Assembly (NCBI GenBank): GCA_000320545.1
Contig: ADNK01002627.1
Coordinates: forward strand, 1-60,324
Direction of reading: 5' to 3'
Length of the DNA: 60,324 bases
Source: Bigelowiella natans CCMP2755
Lineage: Eukaryota; Protista; Cercozoa
Part shown: piece after piece, positions 26,788-40,348 of the stretch
How positions within the stretch are numbered: position 1 is the first letter of the stretch
Layout: every line of letters begins with the position of its first letter
Program-made: the position numbers and the translations under genes
The notes under the pieces: generated by a model
Database searches by the model: none
Told to the model about the DNA's origin: nothing
Seen by the model: only the letters and a program-made list of their open reading frames with translations

Positions 26788-27704
26788 TCCAATTTGTGTA
26801 ATGCCAGCCATGTGATGAAAGTAGCATTTTGCGCGTGTAATGAGAACGATGCACCGAAATTCAATACAGTAGGCGAGTCTCTGGATGCTCTAGATATGAT
26901 TGTTTCCCGGGAGCAACCTGGTGCTGCTGCTGTTGTTCCTGAGAGAAGAAACTACAACGGTGGCCGGGGAGATGAGCTTGCCAAACAGATCATTCAGCAA
27001 ATGCAATATGTAAGTAGAATTCACAAGCCTATGGCCAGAATGAACACCGCACAATAACTAGGGCCACGTCGCATGTACATTGGCTATAAATCTTGATATG
27101 TTGGATGTTCATCCGATGATAACTTGCCAGTTGGCGATGGAGCTGAAGGCCGAAAGAGAGCTTCGTCACCAAATGCAGCTGCAAGTGATGGATATCAAAC
27201 ACCAAAACGATGCTCTATCAACTCGCACGGCAGCGTACGAGGCGAGCATGAAGGAGAATTCTCGTGAAAGTTCCAAAATATCCGCGAAAGTACAGGGCCT
27301 AGAGATGGTGCGTTCGATGGAAAGAAGAGATCATCATAAGAACATACCTTAAAAAAAATATCGATTATGAAATAATGTAATACGGTTTATAGTTTTTCTC
27401 TGTATTAAGTGTATAGTGCTTAAGGGTGGTACTATTGTATTTTTTGTTTTTAGTCCTTATCACCTCGAGTGACGAGCCTTGGCAACGAAGTAAGGGGACG
27501 TTTTCGAGCTCCGCACTTAGAAGAACAATCAAACAACTAGAGCGCGGCCACAACACAAAAACGCACGCATAAAGAGAGGAGGGCAGGGAGAGGGGGGTGA
27601 AGAGAATGAGAGAAGAAGGGCCGAACTAATCGTTCGTATTCTAAATTTGCAACGCTTGTCACTGATGGCCCTCCATATCACACACTCACACGCACACATG
27701 CACA

Positions 27705-27790
<86 letters not shown>

Positions 27791-27976
27791 TCACTTATGA
27801 TAAAAGGTTGCCTTGTTAAAGAAGACGGATTCCAGATTTTCAGAGTTGAAGCTCGAAAATCACGTCCTGCAGAAGACCATTGAGAGCATTACTAGCCGCT
27901 TAAATACGGTCGCATCTGAGCTCAGATCGGTCAGGAATTGATGCATTTTCTCTTTCTCTCACTCTCTCTATCTCCA

Positions 27977-28016
<40 letters not shown>

Positions 28017-28296
28017 TCCCTCTCTCTTTCTCTCTCTCTCACAAACACATCCTCTTTCAGAGTCATATATTCATTTCCCTGTCTACCTATCCCTCGATCG
28101 ATTCGTATTGGTTAATTTTTCGAATGAAAGCGATTTCCGTACGCCTCTTTGCAGCGCTGCCTGTTATTGACCAGATGTTTGATTAGGTGAAGCTGTCCTT
28201 GGAGACTCGAGGCACTGCTGAGTTGCGACTTGAGGAAGATGACAAACAATCACCAACGCTCATAGATAGAATGCAGGTGTGAATAAGATTTGTAGA

Positions 28297-28375
<79 letters not shown>

Positions 28376-30044
28376 CTTGCGACGCGCGTGTGTTTATACT
28401 ACTCTTCAGGATCAGAGAATTGAGCACATACAACGAGCGCTTGAGGATGTATCTCAAGAAACGAAAAACAACTCGGAAAGAGCAAAGTGGTTTTAAGTTA
28501 ACGTGATTGTAAACACGCACGCACGCACACACACGCACGCATGATGCGCACGCGTGTTTATTTATATCAATGAGCAAGTAATATGTTTTGAAAGATTTTT
28601 GACCGCAGATATCAAGAAGAATCAATAAAGGAGATCTCACGCCATTACAAGGAATTAACGGAAAATCGCATAAAAGACATAAAACTAGAGTAATTCCCAT
28701 TTCTATTGCAGCGCGAAACTGCCTTTCTCAGGCAGCATCTGATATAGTTGCCCCAACCCTCTTTGAAAGCCAATACCTCCAATTCTCACGCACTTAGATG
28801 TGCCTTAGTAGCTACAGCACCGAGGAGCTGGTCAAACGCTGTCGCACGTGTTCTAATCCCGCCGGTTTATAAAATTTCTCTTAGATTTCAAAAATTGCTG
28901 GGCTCTGAGCGCTCCGAATTCGAGCAGAAACAGACAGCGACTGTTTCTCGCGTGAATCAGCTTCAAGGCCTGATTGCCCAGTCGCATCAACAGGCCAACA
29001 TACAAGCCAACGCATTGAGGGTAGAAACCAGACTTCATTGCCCCTTTTTTTAAACACAAGTGATGCACAATATATACGTCTTCGTGCGCCGCAATAACAC
29101 GGATATGAAGTGGGATGTGTAGCCATCACGTAAAGAGATTGTTACACAAACATTCACAAATGGCGTATATGCTTGAGGAGACATAACGATTTGTGTAAGC
29201 AATCATTATATCGAGCGCTCTTTTTATGTTATATATATGTATACATATATATATATATATATATATATAATATGTGTATTTTTCATTTAAAGACGTAAAG
29301 TCTTAATAATTTGACTGGAATTGGACATTTTCATCGTTCGTTACAAGAGAATCATAACACTTTGTAGATATCGATCGACGGGGAAATGGCAAAGGATGCA
29401 AAGGAGAACGCAGCGACTCTCCTGAGTTTGGACGCCAAGCTTAGGGAAACACGGTAGCAAGAAGCTAGCCGTGTGTTCTTGAGAAAGATGCAAGGAACGA
29501 TGATATCTTGCTAGGAATACTTTATTCGTGAGAGGAAACTCGAAACGGCCAGTGCTTTCAGTAGATACTGCTCATATTCTCCACAAACGCCTGACTTGTA
29601 ACCCTTCCTCTTATTAGAACGGCTTTTGAGGAGTCTTTCCATACACTATCGCACTCTATTTCCTCAATTAAAAAGGACGGGGAGCGACTAGGAGCGGTAC
29701 CCCACAGCAGCAAGCAAATATCACCCCTGACTTATAGTACTTCGCGGATATGTGTTTGAGCTAGTTTAATTAGTAACCTGCACACCGGCACGCGTATATG
29801 AGGACGAAACACAAACGTGATTCAGGTACAAAACGCGTTGATATCGCTCGACGCCTCCTACCGAGAGAGTGTGTCTAAGATTGAGCAATCACGGGCAAGC
29901 GACAAGAAGAACGAAGCCAAATGGAGAAAAGAGCTCATTCAGAACGTAATTGTCCAAAGGGAACTATATGCTCAGATAAAATACGGCAGATGTAGAAAGC
30001 TCTATCTTTCTTGATGCTATATAAAAAAATGCATATATAATATA

Positions 30045-30091
<47 letters not shown>

Positions 30092-31308
30092 AATGCGTGC
30101 GCATGCGTAATATTAAAATGGCTAATTGCAGACACGACAACGATTCAAAGCAGGGGATAAGGCTAACCGACAACTGACTACGTGATGTTCCCTTTTAAGA
30201 CGTTCGGACTTGCAATATGGAATATTAACATATGTTTATATAGGAGATGTGTGTAGATATAGGTGAGAGTGTGTTTATGTCTGTGGGGGTGAGGGGGGGG
30301 GCGTGTTTTATCACGAACTTACATGCAAATGCCTCCTTGCAGTGAATTCTCTCGTCTAAAAGAGCAAGCTCGTTCTGCATTAGAAAAGTCTCAAAAGGAC
30401 ACTGCGACGTTAGCGAAGGTAAAGGACCGTTACTTCCTGTCCTTGCGCTTTTAGCACCCTTAACAAGTTACGCGTCGTTCTAAATTGGACTAGGAATTAG
30501 CTGAAGTTTTAGATCATTAGACTAAGTAAAAGATTTATCACATTACTATCTTCTCGTCTCATTTTTTAACCCACTTCCGTGGTTCCTGTGCCGCCAGGTC
30601 TACATGACCGAATCGAGGCGCTTTGATCGACGAATATCCACAATTTCTCGGCATGCATCGGCCATGAGCGTGGCAAACGTCCTCGAAGACATGGTTGCAA
30701 AGGTTGAGAGCAAGGACCTCCACACGCAAATTTGTGGAATCCGCGGAGACGTGGCTTTGAGCGAGAAGCGCATTCATTCTGCCGAGTCGTCAATTAACTC
30801 GAATTCCAGCGATATCAAAAAATCGGTACTAAATGCGTTGAGTAAGCATATCGGCGATAACCTCATACCTTTTCATTTATTTCTTTGATTCCTTAGAATG
30901 AGAAGCTGGCCGATACCCTTGCTAGAGTGTCTGCAATTGAAACCAAAGTACCTTTATACATGGCTACACAATAAGAGTTGTTTTTGAGTCATCATTTTCT
31001 GAGCATGAAATAGGTGGCCTTCAATTTACTTAGAGCTCGTGTGCGTAGATAGAAGAAAGGGGTTTTTGGAAATTACATATGTTTTGAGACGGCGTTTTGC
31101 TTGTGCGCGCTCCATAACTTTTTCATGATGCTAGCATATTTGGTATATTCCAGATAGCTCTCCATGACCAGAAGCTGCAATCGCATTCTCAAGAATTAGC
31201 CGTTCTGCGTCAAAAGGTCATACTGGCCGATATATGTTCTTTGAACAAGAGTGGTTTGAGAATCTACGGTGCTACCACCATTCGTATAACCAGTATACAT
31301 TTGCAGTT

Positions 31309-31353
<45 letters not shown>

Positions 31354-32252
31354 ACGTAAACAACATTTTTCACCACCAGATTGAAACCGAGCAAAGTGCG
31401 AGAAAGGCCGCGGACTCCCTCCTCACGATGAACGAGCGAGAGAACGCAGTGCGGAGCTACATCGCCGACCTTTCTGGTCAGATCGCTATCGAGTCTCTAC
31501 GAGGCGACGTTGAAACTGAGCAAAAACGAGCAAAAACGGCAGAATCGAAACTGGCCGAAGATGCGCGAGAGACTTCTGTGAAAGCGTGCCTAGAATCGAT
31601 CTCCCATGCAACAACATTAAATGCTTTAGAGTCTCGAGTTGATGAGCAAGCGAGGCAGGAAGAGACGGAGGCTATTCATGGTTGGATGGAGGCCATTACT
31701 TTGCGGGTGGAAGCAAAGGCCCTTCAAAATGAGCTCAAGAACACGAGAAACGTATGCAGTTGTGCGAATTGATTCATGTTTTTACAATCATTCTCTTTGC
31801 ATCAGCCATACTATTATGTTGTTGTTCGAATTCGTACATCTGGAAGTTGGGAGCTTGTTTTTGTTTCGTCTATCGGTGTTGTAGAAGGCCGTTGCGCGCA
31901 GCCCGTTGTTGTTTCTGTATCGTTTTTCAGCCTGAGTCTTTAACATCCAAAATGAACTAGGTTTTTGTTTATTTCTCTAGTGTTTCGTGAATACACCATC
32001 ATATTTACTGCCGAAAGGACCAGTGGCCTCTCTACGCATGTTCGATTAAGCAAAGCTCGGTTCTGACATCTACTGTTTGGCAGGGCATGGAGAGAAGAAA
32101 CAAGGAAGCTCAGGAACGAGCGCTGAATATGGAACTTCAAAGCTACTTGGACGACATCAAAGCGGTGAGCTACAAGGCCGCTCAAGATCGCAGAACATTT
32201 AAATAAATATATGTGGGCAGACACGTACACACACTTATAGATACAATGTATC

Positions 32253-32297
<45 letters not shown>

Positions 32298-32969
32298 AGA
32301 GAGAGATAGAGAGAGAGAACAATGGAATATGTTGTCAAAGCTTGTGCTAAGACGCCAAACATGATAATCGCTATCCTCCATGATGTCACAGGCCGTTACT
32401 GAAGAAGTCGCTCGTAAAACTCGTGAATCCGACCGCAAGATAGCAGCTGATCTCGCACTTAAACGCTCAGAAGAACAAGCACTGGCGCAGTATATATCGG
32501 ATCTGACAGCATCTGTCCAGATCCAATCACAGCTCAAAACGCTGACCGAAACACAAGCCAAGGAGGTTGCACAGGCCAAAATCGCGTACCAGGAACATGC
32601 CACCTCGATTCGATCTGAAGTGAAGAAATTAAATGCGCGCTCACAAGAACAAGTGATAGCGCAGTATATATCAGATCTGACCGCATCAATTGAGATCCAA
32701 TTACAGCTCAAAACGCTATCAGACGCACACGCGAAGGGCGTTGTGGAGGCCAACACCGCGTATCAGGGACAAGCAGTTTCGGTCCAATCGGAAATGAAGA
32801 AGATGGCGCTCAAGCAGAGGGAGGAGTCGGCCAAATACCAAGTGCGAAGCTGCATGGACGACCTTCTCAATCAGGTGGGGAGAGCATGCAGATGGTTTAG
32901 ACACGCGTTGTGAATATATACGATATATATATATACGAACCTACACACACACACACACACATGTATATT

Positions 32970-33009
<40 letters not shown>

Positions 33010-33030
33010 TATATATTATGCACACTTTTT

Positions 33031-33066
<36 letters not shown>

Positions 33067-34580
33067 TGTGTGCGTGTGTGTCTATGTCGATGCTTGAAAT
33101 TGAGATCATCTTTAGAGGCCGACCATTGTCATCTATTAACTGAACCGTGTCAGGTTTGCAGCAACGTTGCTTTGCAAGGCCAACGAACAATAGAAGAAGA
33201 TTTGAAAAGGTGGTCGAAAACTATTAATCATTGGAAAATATAGAAATATATAGAAATATATAGAAATGAAATATATAGAAATATATATTTAATGTATATA
33301 TTATATATGTATAAATATATAGTATGCATGCTTTGCCGTGAAATGAGTGTTATCCATGTGTATGTAGCTATCCATATGCGTATAGACATCTTGCCAAACT
33401 TGGAAATACGTTAGTTTTGCAAAGAAAGCGCTTGGAGAGGTGAAGAAGTCAAATGAGAAGGCACTGGATACTCTTCGTGCGACAATGAAGACGGAGATAG
33501 GGAGAATCAAGATTGATAATGCTGTTTCAGAATGGTAGTCGCAGCAACAGTACAGATGCACACTCATGCTGGGAGAGTATATTCTCTTTCGAATGCGCCG
33601 ATGTTTGTACGAAAGCATGGTGAGAAGAGAGATAAAACTGATAGTATATCTTAAAAGCAAAAGTCGCTTAACACACCAATTAGCGTGTCACATGTATATG
33701 TGCATAATGCTTAGTTGCTTATTCACACACACACACACACACACACATACACACACACACACACACACATACACATACACGTACACAAACGCCCAAACGC
33801 ATGCGCACTTCAAGAGCCTAGCTCACACGTCAAACACATACAAAGGTACGGATCTTTGCTAACACGTATTGAAGAGGCGCAGTTGATGCAAAGCAATTCT
33901 TACGAAGAGCTCCGGTTAGCGAAGATCGAACAGAGAATCGCTGGTAAGTCAATGTAAGATGGCAATAAACACACAAATACGCGTGGTATGCACAAGGTCT
34001 ATGTCAACCGTCTCTGCCTAACTCCTCTATATTCACGATTTCATAAACTAAAGACCTCGATGCTGCTCGGGTGAGCAACCAAGGAATCTTTAAGGAAACA
34101 ACAAAAGTCGTCTCCCACCTTCGCAACAACGTCGAGGAAGTGATGATGAGAGATTCGGTACTTCTTCCATACACAAACGGTGTTTTAGCGTAGAACGCTG
34201 TTTTAACGTAATGTTGGCGGGGTTGGAGAGCACCAAGCACGCACTCTGGATTTCGGCCCATTCACACGCACACTTCCGATGATTAAGATAACACATGTAT
34301 AAACTGTGTGTGTTCGTCAGGTTGCTGGATATGTGCAAGATCTCATCGCAGAGGTCTGCTTGAGGCATGATTGCGCACAGTTACGCATAGACGTGGGCAA
34401 GAATCAAGAGAAGCTTCAGGGCGAGATCACGAAGCTCCAACTCTCGCAGCAAAGGGATGAAAAGGTGCGAAAGACAACGGAGGCCGTTGTAGAGTATCTT
34501 CGGGACAAAGGTTGATTGTGCTGATATTCGGAAATCCATACATTTGCATTTGAAGTAGTCCAAAAGCTGTATCATGGACG

Positions 34581-34628
<48 letters not shown>

Positions 34629-35307
34629 CTGTATGTGTGAGTGTGTGTGTGTGTGTGTGTGCTAATTCTGCAATTTTGTTGTTTGACTTTATCATCATTG
34701 CAGTGGAGGTCACAATGATGAACGATTCTATTGCTGGCTACGTTGGCGACCTTATAGCGCAAATAGAATTAGGTTGGTAGAGTCTTGTTTTGAGTCATTA
34801 ATATACAGTTGTCATATTCACATGTCATAGCAGCCGGCTAAGATTTACTTGTTGGCACCATTCTTGGCATGGAAAAATGCATGATGGTGTTGTTGTTGGA
34901 AATTTTTGTATGCACAACCCAGAGATCGAGAGGAAGGAGCTGGAACAGAAGACTAGCAGCAGGTTAGCTGCATTCGATAGTTCTATCAAAGACCTCATTT
35001 CGCGAGTCTCTGCGTTGAGAGAAGCTTCCGAGTCTAAGCAAAAAATGGCCGCTGAAACAAAGTCCAAGGACACATCGAAAGAAGCCATCGATAAGGTTGA
35101 GAGACAGCGACGTGATTTGGCATTCCATGGGATCTTATACTGATATCATGTGTGTATGTGCAATGGGCTAGATGGAAGAAACGCTGCGCAATGTCTCTCA
35201 GGACGTAAAGGCCCTCAAGGAGGTAGGAACTCATTCTCATGCAAGATCTTCCTGATGTTGTGTAGTATGTTGAGAATGTAAGTAAATATAACACACATAC
35301 ACTCTCT

Positions 35308-35374
<67 letters not shown>

Positions 35375-36459
35375 ATACCTTTCCTTTGATAAAGCAATTG
35401 ACCAAAATCTCTGACGATGCGAAGAAGGCTGACGACACGGTACATATATTCTCAATATCTTCAAAATGCAAATATTAACAGTATCTCTTCCCCCTCGTCT
35501 CTATTTTCCGGCCTTTCGCTCGATGTATACGTCTGCATAAGCCTGTACGTGTGAGAATATAGTGAACTTCCGTATGTACACGTGCCACTTTTGCGCTGGT
35601 CGGTAGATGAATTGATGACATTTAAAAACTATTTAGAAAGGACAAGAGTCGGAGAAGAAAAAGACTCGAAGCAAAGAGGGTGATATCCAATCCTAATTTG
35701 ACGTGCGCACACATACTTACACATGCAAATGCACATTATTAATTTTTTGTTTTAAGCGTCACCGATATGTATCGTAGTTGTTTAGGCGAACACGTTAAAC
35801 ATATGGTCTTTACATTCTTGATATGGGCGTCTAATGAGATGAAAGAAAAGGAGGTTCTGAACCTAAACAAATGTTGGAATATTTTCCAGATGAAGACGAG
35901 CTGGAGAAGACTATCCAAGACTTATACGAAACTACTCAGATGGCAATGCAGGAAGTCCAAAGTAACATTATGACTATCATAAAGGAATTGCGCGATTCCC
36001 TACAACAATCTGTATCAACATACATTTGCTTGTTCGAGGCTCGCACCTCGGTGAAAAATAAATGGGCCCGCGATTTCTTTTGACATCATTTAATAATAAC
36101 TAACCGATGCGCTTCACTTAGAAATCGAGGAGCTTAAAAGGGACCAGATCGCAATATCAAACCAGACGGCGAAGATCGAAAGTAAAATCATAAACATAAA
36201 AAAAAAGTTAATACACGTTGTACAATCACTGCTCGAAGTTGACTCTTCGATGAGGTTAGGAGCATTAGCCGTTGAAAGGCATACTACGTTATTTGGGATT
36301 TAAGCAGAAGGTTTTACCCTCTTGTGCGTGCGCGCGTGGGAATATGCTTTCCATAGGTGAGTTGGCTGAACTTAAGAAGATCTGTGGAAATGGAGAGGCA
36401 AAACAGCAAGGATCGGGACAAGGAGGTGCAAGAGAGATACACTGTGATTTTATATAGAA

Positions 36460-36500
<41 letters not shown>

Positions 36501-36750
36501 TATATAATATAATATACTTATTATGATATTTCAAGGAATATATCCTATGTCGATGTAAGGTCATCGTCATAGTTCTCAGTGTGATGTTTCCATCCCTAAA
36601 GCAACGCTATGTGATTTTTCTATACCGAAGTACTGCTAATCAAATTGTTTGTTATTGCAGAATCTGCATCAGTGACCGACGATGACTTGAAAGGTTCCAT
36701 AAACGTTATCAATACTTGTGTTAAATGGAATCATGGTGTTGTTCGTTGAT
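26280..36750 (+). CDS. Large coiled-coil protein with internal repeats, >25 exons (ends approximate)
   Basis: Heptad-rich exons such as LAMELKAERELRHQMQLQVMDIKHQN, 31380-31752 and 32391-32874. The unit EQ.(L/I)AQYISDLTAS..IQ.QLKTL is duplicated. Confidence 0.8.
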
Positions 36751-37319
36751 AAGAGTTATAATCCAAATACATACCAATCAATTTTTTAGTGTTAAAAAAT
36801 ATTATATCGAACATCAACAAGAGCCTATCCGAGTATTCAAAGGAACAACAGATATTAGAGGTATGGTCTTCGCCGTTTTTTTCAGCCATCGAGTATTAGG
36901 ATCAAGCTGTGGAACGTGCCAATTGTATCGAGGAAATAAGCTGCATAACCAATTGTATTATGAGTAAATGATGAACTCGAAGCACAATGTTCAAGCGGGA
37001 GAGCCAATTCGTAGCTAAATGTCGAGATTAAATTTTTGTCCATCGCAACGATTAGCAAAGCTCAGCAACGCATATTTTACTTTGATATTCCAGAAAAGAG
37101 TAAAAGATCATGAGTTGGTTTTGAAGACCTATTTCAACGACGGTGCTCAGGAATGATTCGGATAAAATGGATGCATCCTCGAGGGACAACGCAACTGCTG
37201 CACAAAATTAAAACGATACATGTTAGTTATGATTATAGTACGTGGAATGAGCACAATGTAAATTATGAAAGTGTTGACCTTCGCTAAAAGAGCTTGGTAT
37301 AAAGTTACAGCAAATTTAC

Positions 37320-38264
37320 AGGTTCGAGCATGCACACGCGTGCCAAAGCGCATTCGCACATGTAATGAAGCAGGTAGTAGGTTGTGAAACAAGATTGCTG
37401 CTAATTGATAGATCATTCCTTCACATTCTGTGACTGCACATGCAAGTAGTACACACTGCGCAACTGAAGATGAGAAAATGTGGGCAGCGTTGCAATTAAC
37501 TTAGCAATGTAGTGACCATCACGCCAACGAATGGCACATGTCTTGATGTGCACAGCGCCCACTCCTCCAGTTTGCGATGATGGACACAACCGTGCACATC
37601 TAGCTCCTAGGCACGCGCGTGGCAGCAGCGTGACCGAATCCATTCTGATCAACACTCAATGGGCTGAACCTTTCAAAACCATGCACAGCTGTCCATGCAT
37701 GTCGAGCCTCTTGCAATTGCACGGAATGCTAATCACGTACAAAATCACGCTTGCTAGCTAGCTAGCTCACGCAAGCAAGAGCTGCGAACCATCGCACCAC
37801 TACATGCTGTAGCATGCCAGCACTGGAGCACATTGCACAATCAATTGTGCCACAAAATGTTAGCCCACAAACTCACCAAACAGGTGCGTGGGATCAACGT
37901 CTGGCAGAAATGTTGTGCACAGAATTTTGCGCATCTGGAGTGCTGGAGTGCTCTGGTCCATGCTAGCATGGTCCTAGATGCTCATGTGATGCACTCAAGC
38001 GTGTTGTGCGCCACGTTTCATCAAAACGCTAACTGCATCTGCATGCAACTTTGAGTGCATTGTGCAACCATGACCAAACCGACCACACAGCTAGCAGATT
38101 GGTTGTCAGCACTGCTGAACCACACGCACTAGACGCAGCCATGCAAGCCAGCAGCCAGCAAGCTAGCACCGTTCGTGCGCTGGTGCTGCCAGACTGGCTC
38201 GTTCTAGCGTTGGTTGTTGCCAAGCTCCACATCCAGAACTAGCAAGTTGAAACGAAAACCGTTC
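37320..38264. other. TpA-depleted island, left flank of the PLV
   Basis: 37861-38260 has 9 TA in 400 bp by eye, 7 of them in CTAG. Confidence 0.85.
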
Positions 38265-38621
38265 GCAGCAGAGAATGGACCACACCCCACATTTGATTTC
38301 CCATCTGCCGTCAGTGGGGGAATGACACAAAATTTTCATTTCAAAAATTCACCTACTGACGACCCACTGCTGAACTGAATTGTTGGAATGACATGGCAAA
38401 ATTGCCATGACGAGCATGACATGTCAAGTGTTCGACATTTGATTTCCCATCAGCAATCAGTAGCAAAATGTGCGAAAATGCGCAACATGAAAGCTTCACC
38501 TACTGACGACCTGCTGCTGAACTGAATTGCTATGATGACATGATGAAAATGTTCTACCCATGTGTTTTGTGAAAACAATCTTTGTTAAAAATGACATAGC
38601 AAAATCCACAGCAGAGCATCG
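38265..38621 (+). repeat. Left TIR (357 bp) with two internal subrepeats
   Basis: Reverse complement of 43268-43620 except for 4 substituted sites and one 4-bp indel. Subrepeats catttgatttcccatc and ttcacctactgacgacc..ctgctgaactgaattg each occur twice. Confidence 0.97.
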
Positions 38622-38660
38622 TTAAAAACACTGTAAATTTATTCTCACCTAAAATAATAA

Positions 38661-39491
38661 ATGAGAATATTCAAATCAAAAATAGGAAAACCATTGGACA
38701 AATGGCTGACGGAAGAACAATTCAGATCTTTGAAGAACAAAAGATTTCTGTATGTGATATCATCAAACATGGACACATATAAAAGGAAATCTACTGAAGA
38801 ACTTGTCATAAAGTTCGGTCAAGGCAAGGGAACTCAACCAGCATCAAGATTAAAAGATTACATGTCATATTATGGATATACTGATAGCAAAAGGCCCTGG
38901 ATGGGTTGTAAATTACATTATTTATTCATCACTGAAAAGAGTAAAAAAGTAGCAGCTATAAACTCTATGGTTCATAAATATGAACTAAAATTAAAACAGT
39001 ATGCTAGAAAAAACAACTTGTTAGTAGACAGAGGCGATGAAAGAATATTAATAAGGTTGAGTAAATTGATGAGAATATTAGATCATAAACAATTTAAAAA
39101 ACTTACAGACATTGAGTCAAAACCTACATACAATCTACGAAACAAAAAGCAGAAATACATCGTTGAAATATTAGACCATACAAACAAAGCAAAGAAAAAT
39201 AACCATCAAGAACCTACTACCTTTAAAGTGAAATATAGTGATGGAAGTCTTGAAGGCACCATTAGATATGTGTTGCCTAATGATGTTAAATCAAAGAATT
39301 TTGATAGATTGTTTCTTAAATATTATAAAAACTCAAATGACAAAGAGAATATTAAATTACAAGATGAATACATAAAATATCTTAGTCTCAAATCAGATGA
39401 TTTTGATAAATTGTTCCGCAAATATTACAAGATTTCAAAAGACAAAAAAACATCAAACTTGAAGATAAATAAAATTTATTATCATCAATAA
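38661..39491 (+). CDS. GIY-YIG/T5orf172-like putative nuclease with C-terminal chromo-like segment
   Basis: FLYVISS...VIKFGQG...SRLKDY...HKYELKLK pattern, followed by QKYIVEILDH...TFKVKYSDGS. Recognised by pattern only. Confidence 0.55.
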   Translation: MRIFKSKIGKPLDKWLTEEQFRSLKNKRFLYVISSNMDTYKRKSTEELVIKFGQGKGTQPASRLKDYMSYYGYTDSKRPWMGCKLHYLFITEKSKKVAAINSMVHKYELKLKQYARKNNLLVDRGDERILIRLSKLMRILDHKQFKKLTDIESKPTYNLRNKKQKYIVEILDHTNKAKKNNHQEPTTFKVKYSDGSLEGTIRYVLPNDVKSKNFDRLFLKYYKNSNDKENIKLQDEYIKYLSLKSDDFDKLFRKYYKISKDKKTSNLKINKIYYHQ

Positions 39492-39507
39492 TAATAATAA
39501 AAATTAT

Positions 39508-39663
39508 TTACTTACCATACTTTTTTAATGCTATCTCGTGGGCCTCTTTGAAGCTTTTACCTAACATTAGGTTCATTCTCATAGAAGCCATATGTTTTTT
39601 ACTGTGATGTTTAGAATGAACTGGTAATAAATCCTTTTGTCTTTTGGTTAATTTTTTTAACTA
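39508..39663 (-). CDS. Small basic viral-type ORF (~50 aa, start codon not evident)
   Basis: Manual translation KKITKRQKDLLPVHSKHHSKKHMASMRMNLMLGKSFKEAHEIALKKYGK*, directly downstream of the penton ORF. Confidence 0.5.
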
Positions 39664-39676
39664 GATATTTTTTTTC

Positions 39677-40348
39677 TTATTCCTTAGTCTGATAAAACAA
39701 AGATACTGTCATAGAATAATCTATACCATTATTTTCTATTTCATCTCCATCACCATCTACAAGTGTAAATTTCAAGTTGCTTACATTCTTTTTTTTCATT
39801 AATTCAATCCTTTCACTTGGTTTCTCATTATCATATAAAATACTTCCAAAAGAAACATCGCCGCTAACTTCATAAACTATGTTTGATAATTGACCTGCTA
39901 ATTCTGTATCCAGTTGTAAATCAGTTTGGATATAAACAGGTTCTGGTGATAGATTACTCATATTATCTGCTACATGTACTGTAGAAAGAGGTGTAGTGTC
40001 ATTATAACCTAAAAATTTAGAGCATTCGTTTTTTAATATTTTGAAATCGCTACTACAACCTATACTAAATTTTCCTGTTTTAGCATTGTATACAGGAGTA
40101 AAAGTTCCTACTGATGAGGCATTAGTTGAAAGTTTAGTTTGTAATTCTGTTACTAATTCAGTAGCAGAATAATTTTGTTTTGTTAATTCTGCACTTGTTT
40201 TGTTTCCAGAACTGTTCTCAATTTCTAAAATGTTATTTTTAGCAGAAACATTGTAATAAGTAATTGGAAATCTTACTCTTGTAATAGAAATAGAAGATAC
40301 ATTATCAATTAAACTATCAAAAATTAAGTTATTTGTGGATAAGCACAT
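39677..40348 (-). CDS. Polinton/PLV minor capsid (penton) protein, N-terminally truncated
   Basis: FPITYYNV...NYSATELVTEL...YNAKTGKFSI...FLGY...FGSILY...LKFTLVDGDGDEIENNGIDYSMTV matches the PLV penton pattern as I recall it. No ATG start. Confidence 0.75.
   Translation of the reverse strand: MCLSTNNLIFDSLIDNVSSISITRVRFPITYYNVSAKNNILEIENSSGNKTSAELTKQNYSATELVTELQTKLSTNASSVGTFTPVYNAKTGKFSIGCSSDFKILKNECSKFLGYNDTTPLSTVHVADNMSNLSPEPVYIQTDLQLDTELAGQLSNIVYEVSGDVSFGSILYDNEKPSERIELMKKKNVSNLKFTLVDGDGDEIENNGIDYSMTVSLFYQTKE

Larger units (their letters stand above)
7790..36500. repeat. Dense microsatellites, (TA)n, (CA)n, (GA)n, (GAT)n, (GGA)n and (TAC)n, mostly intronic
   Basis: Dozens of arrays, e.g. 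8253-8283 (TA), 21317-21345 (CA), 21685-21728 (GA) and 15134-15162 (CAT). Confidence 0.95.

Noticed and set aside
7790-36500. Many short ORFs with poly-(YI), (HT), (SL) or (ER) runs
   Set aside because: Translations of intronic microsatellites.
38265-38621. TIR subrepeats or the 43994-44347 duplications as a CRISPR-like array
   Set aside because: Only two copies each, no unique equal-length spacers, no cas genes, and a eukaryotic context.
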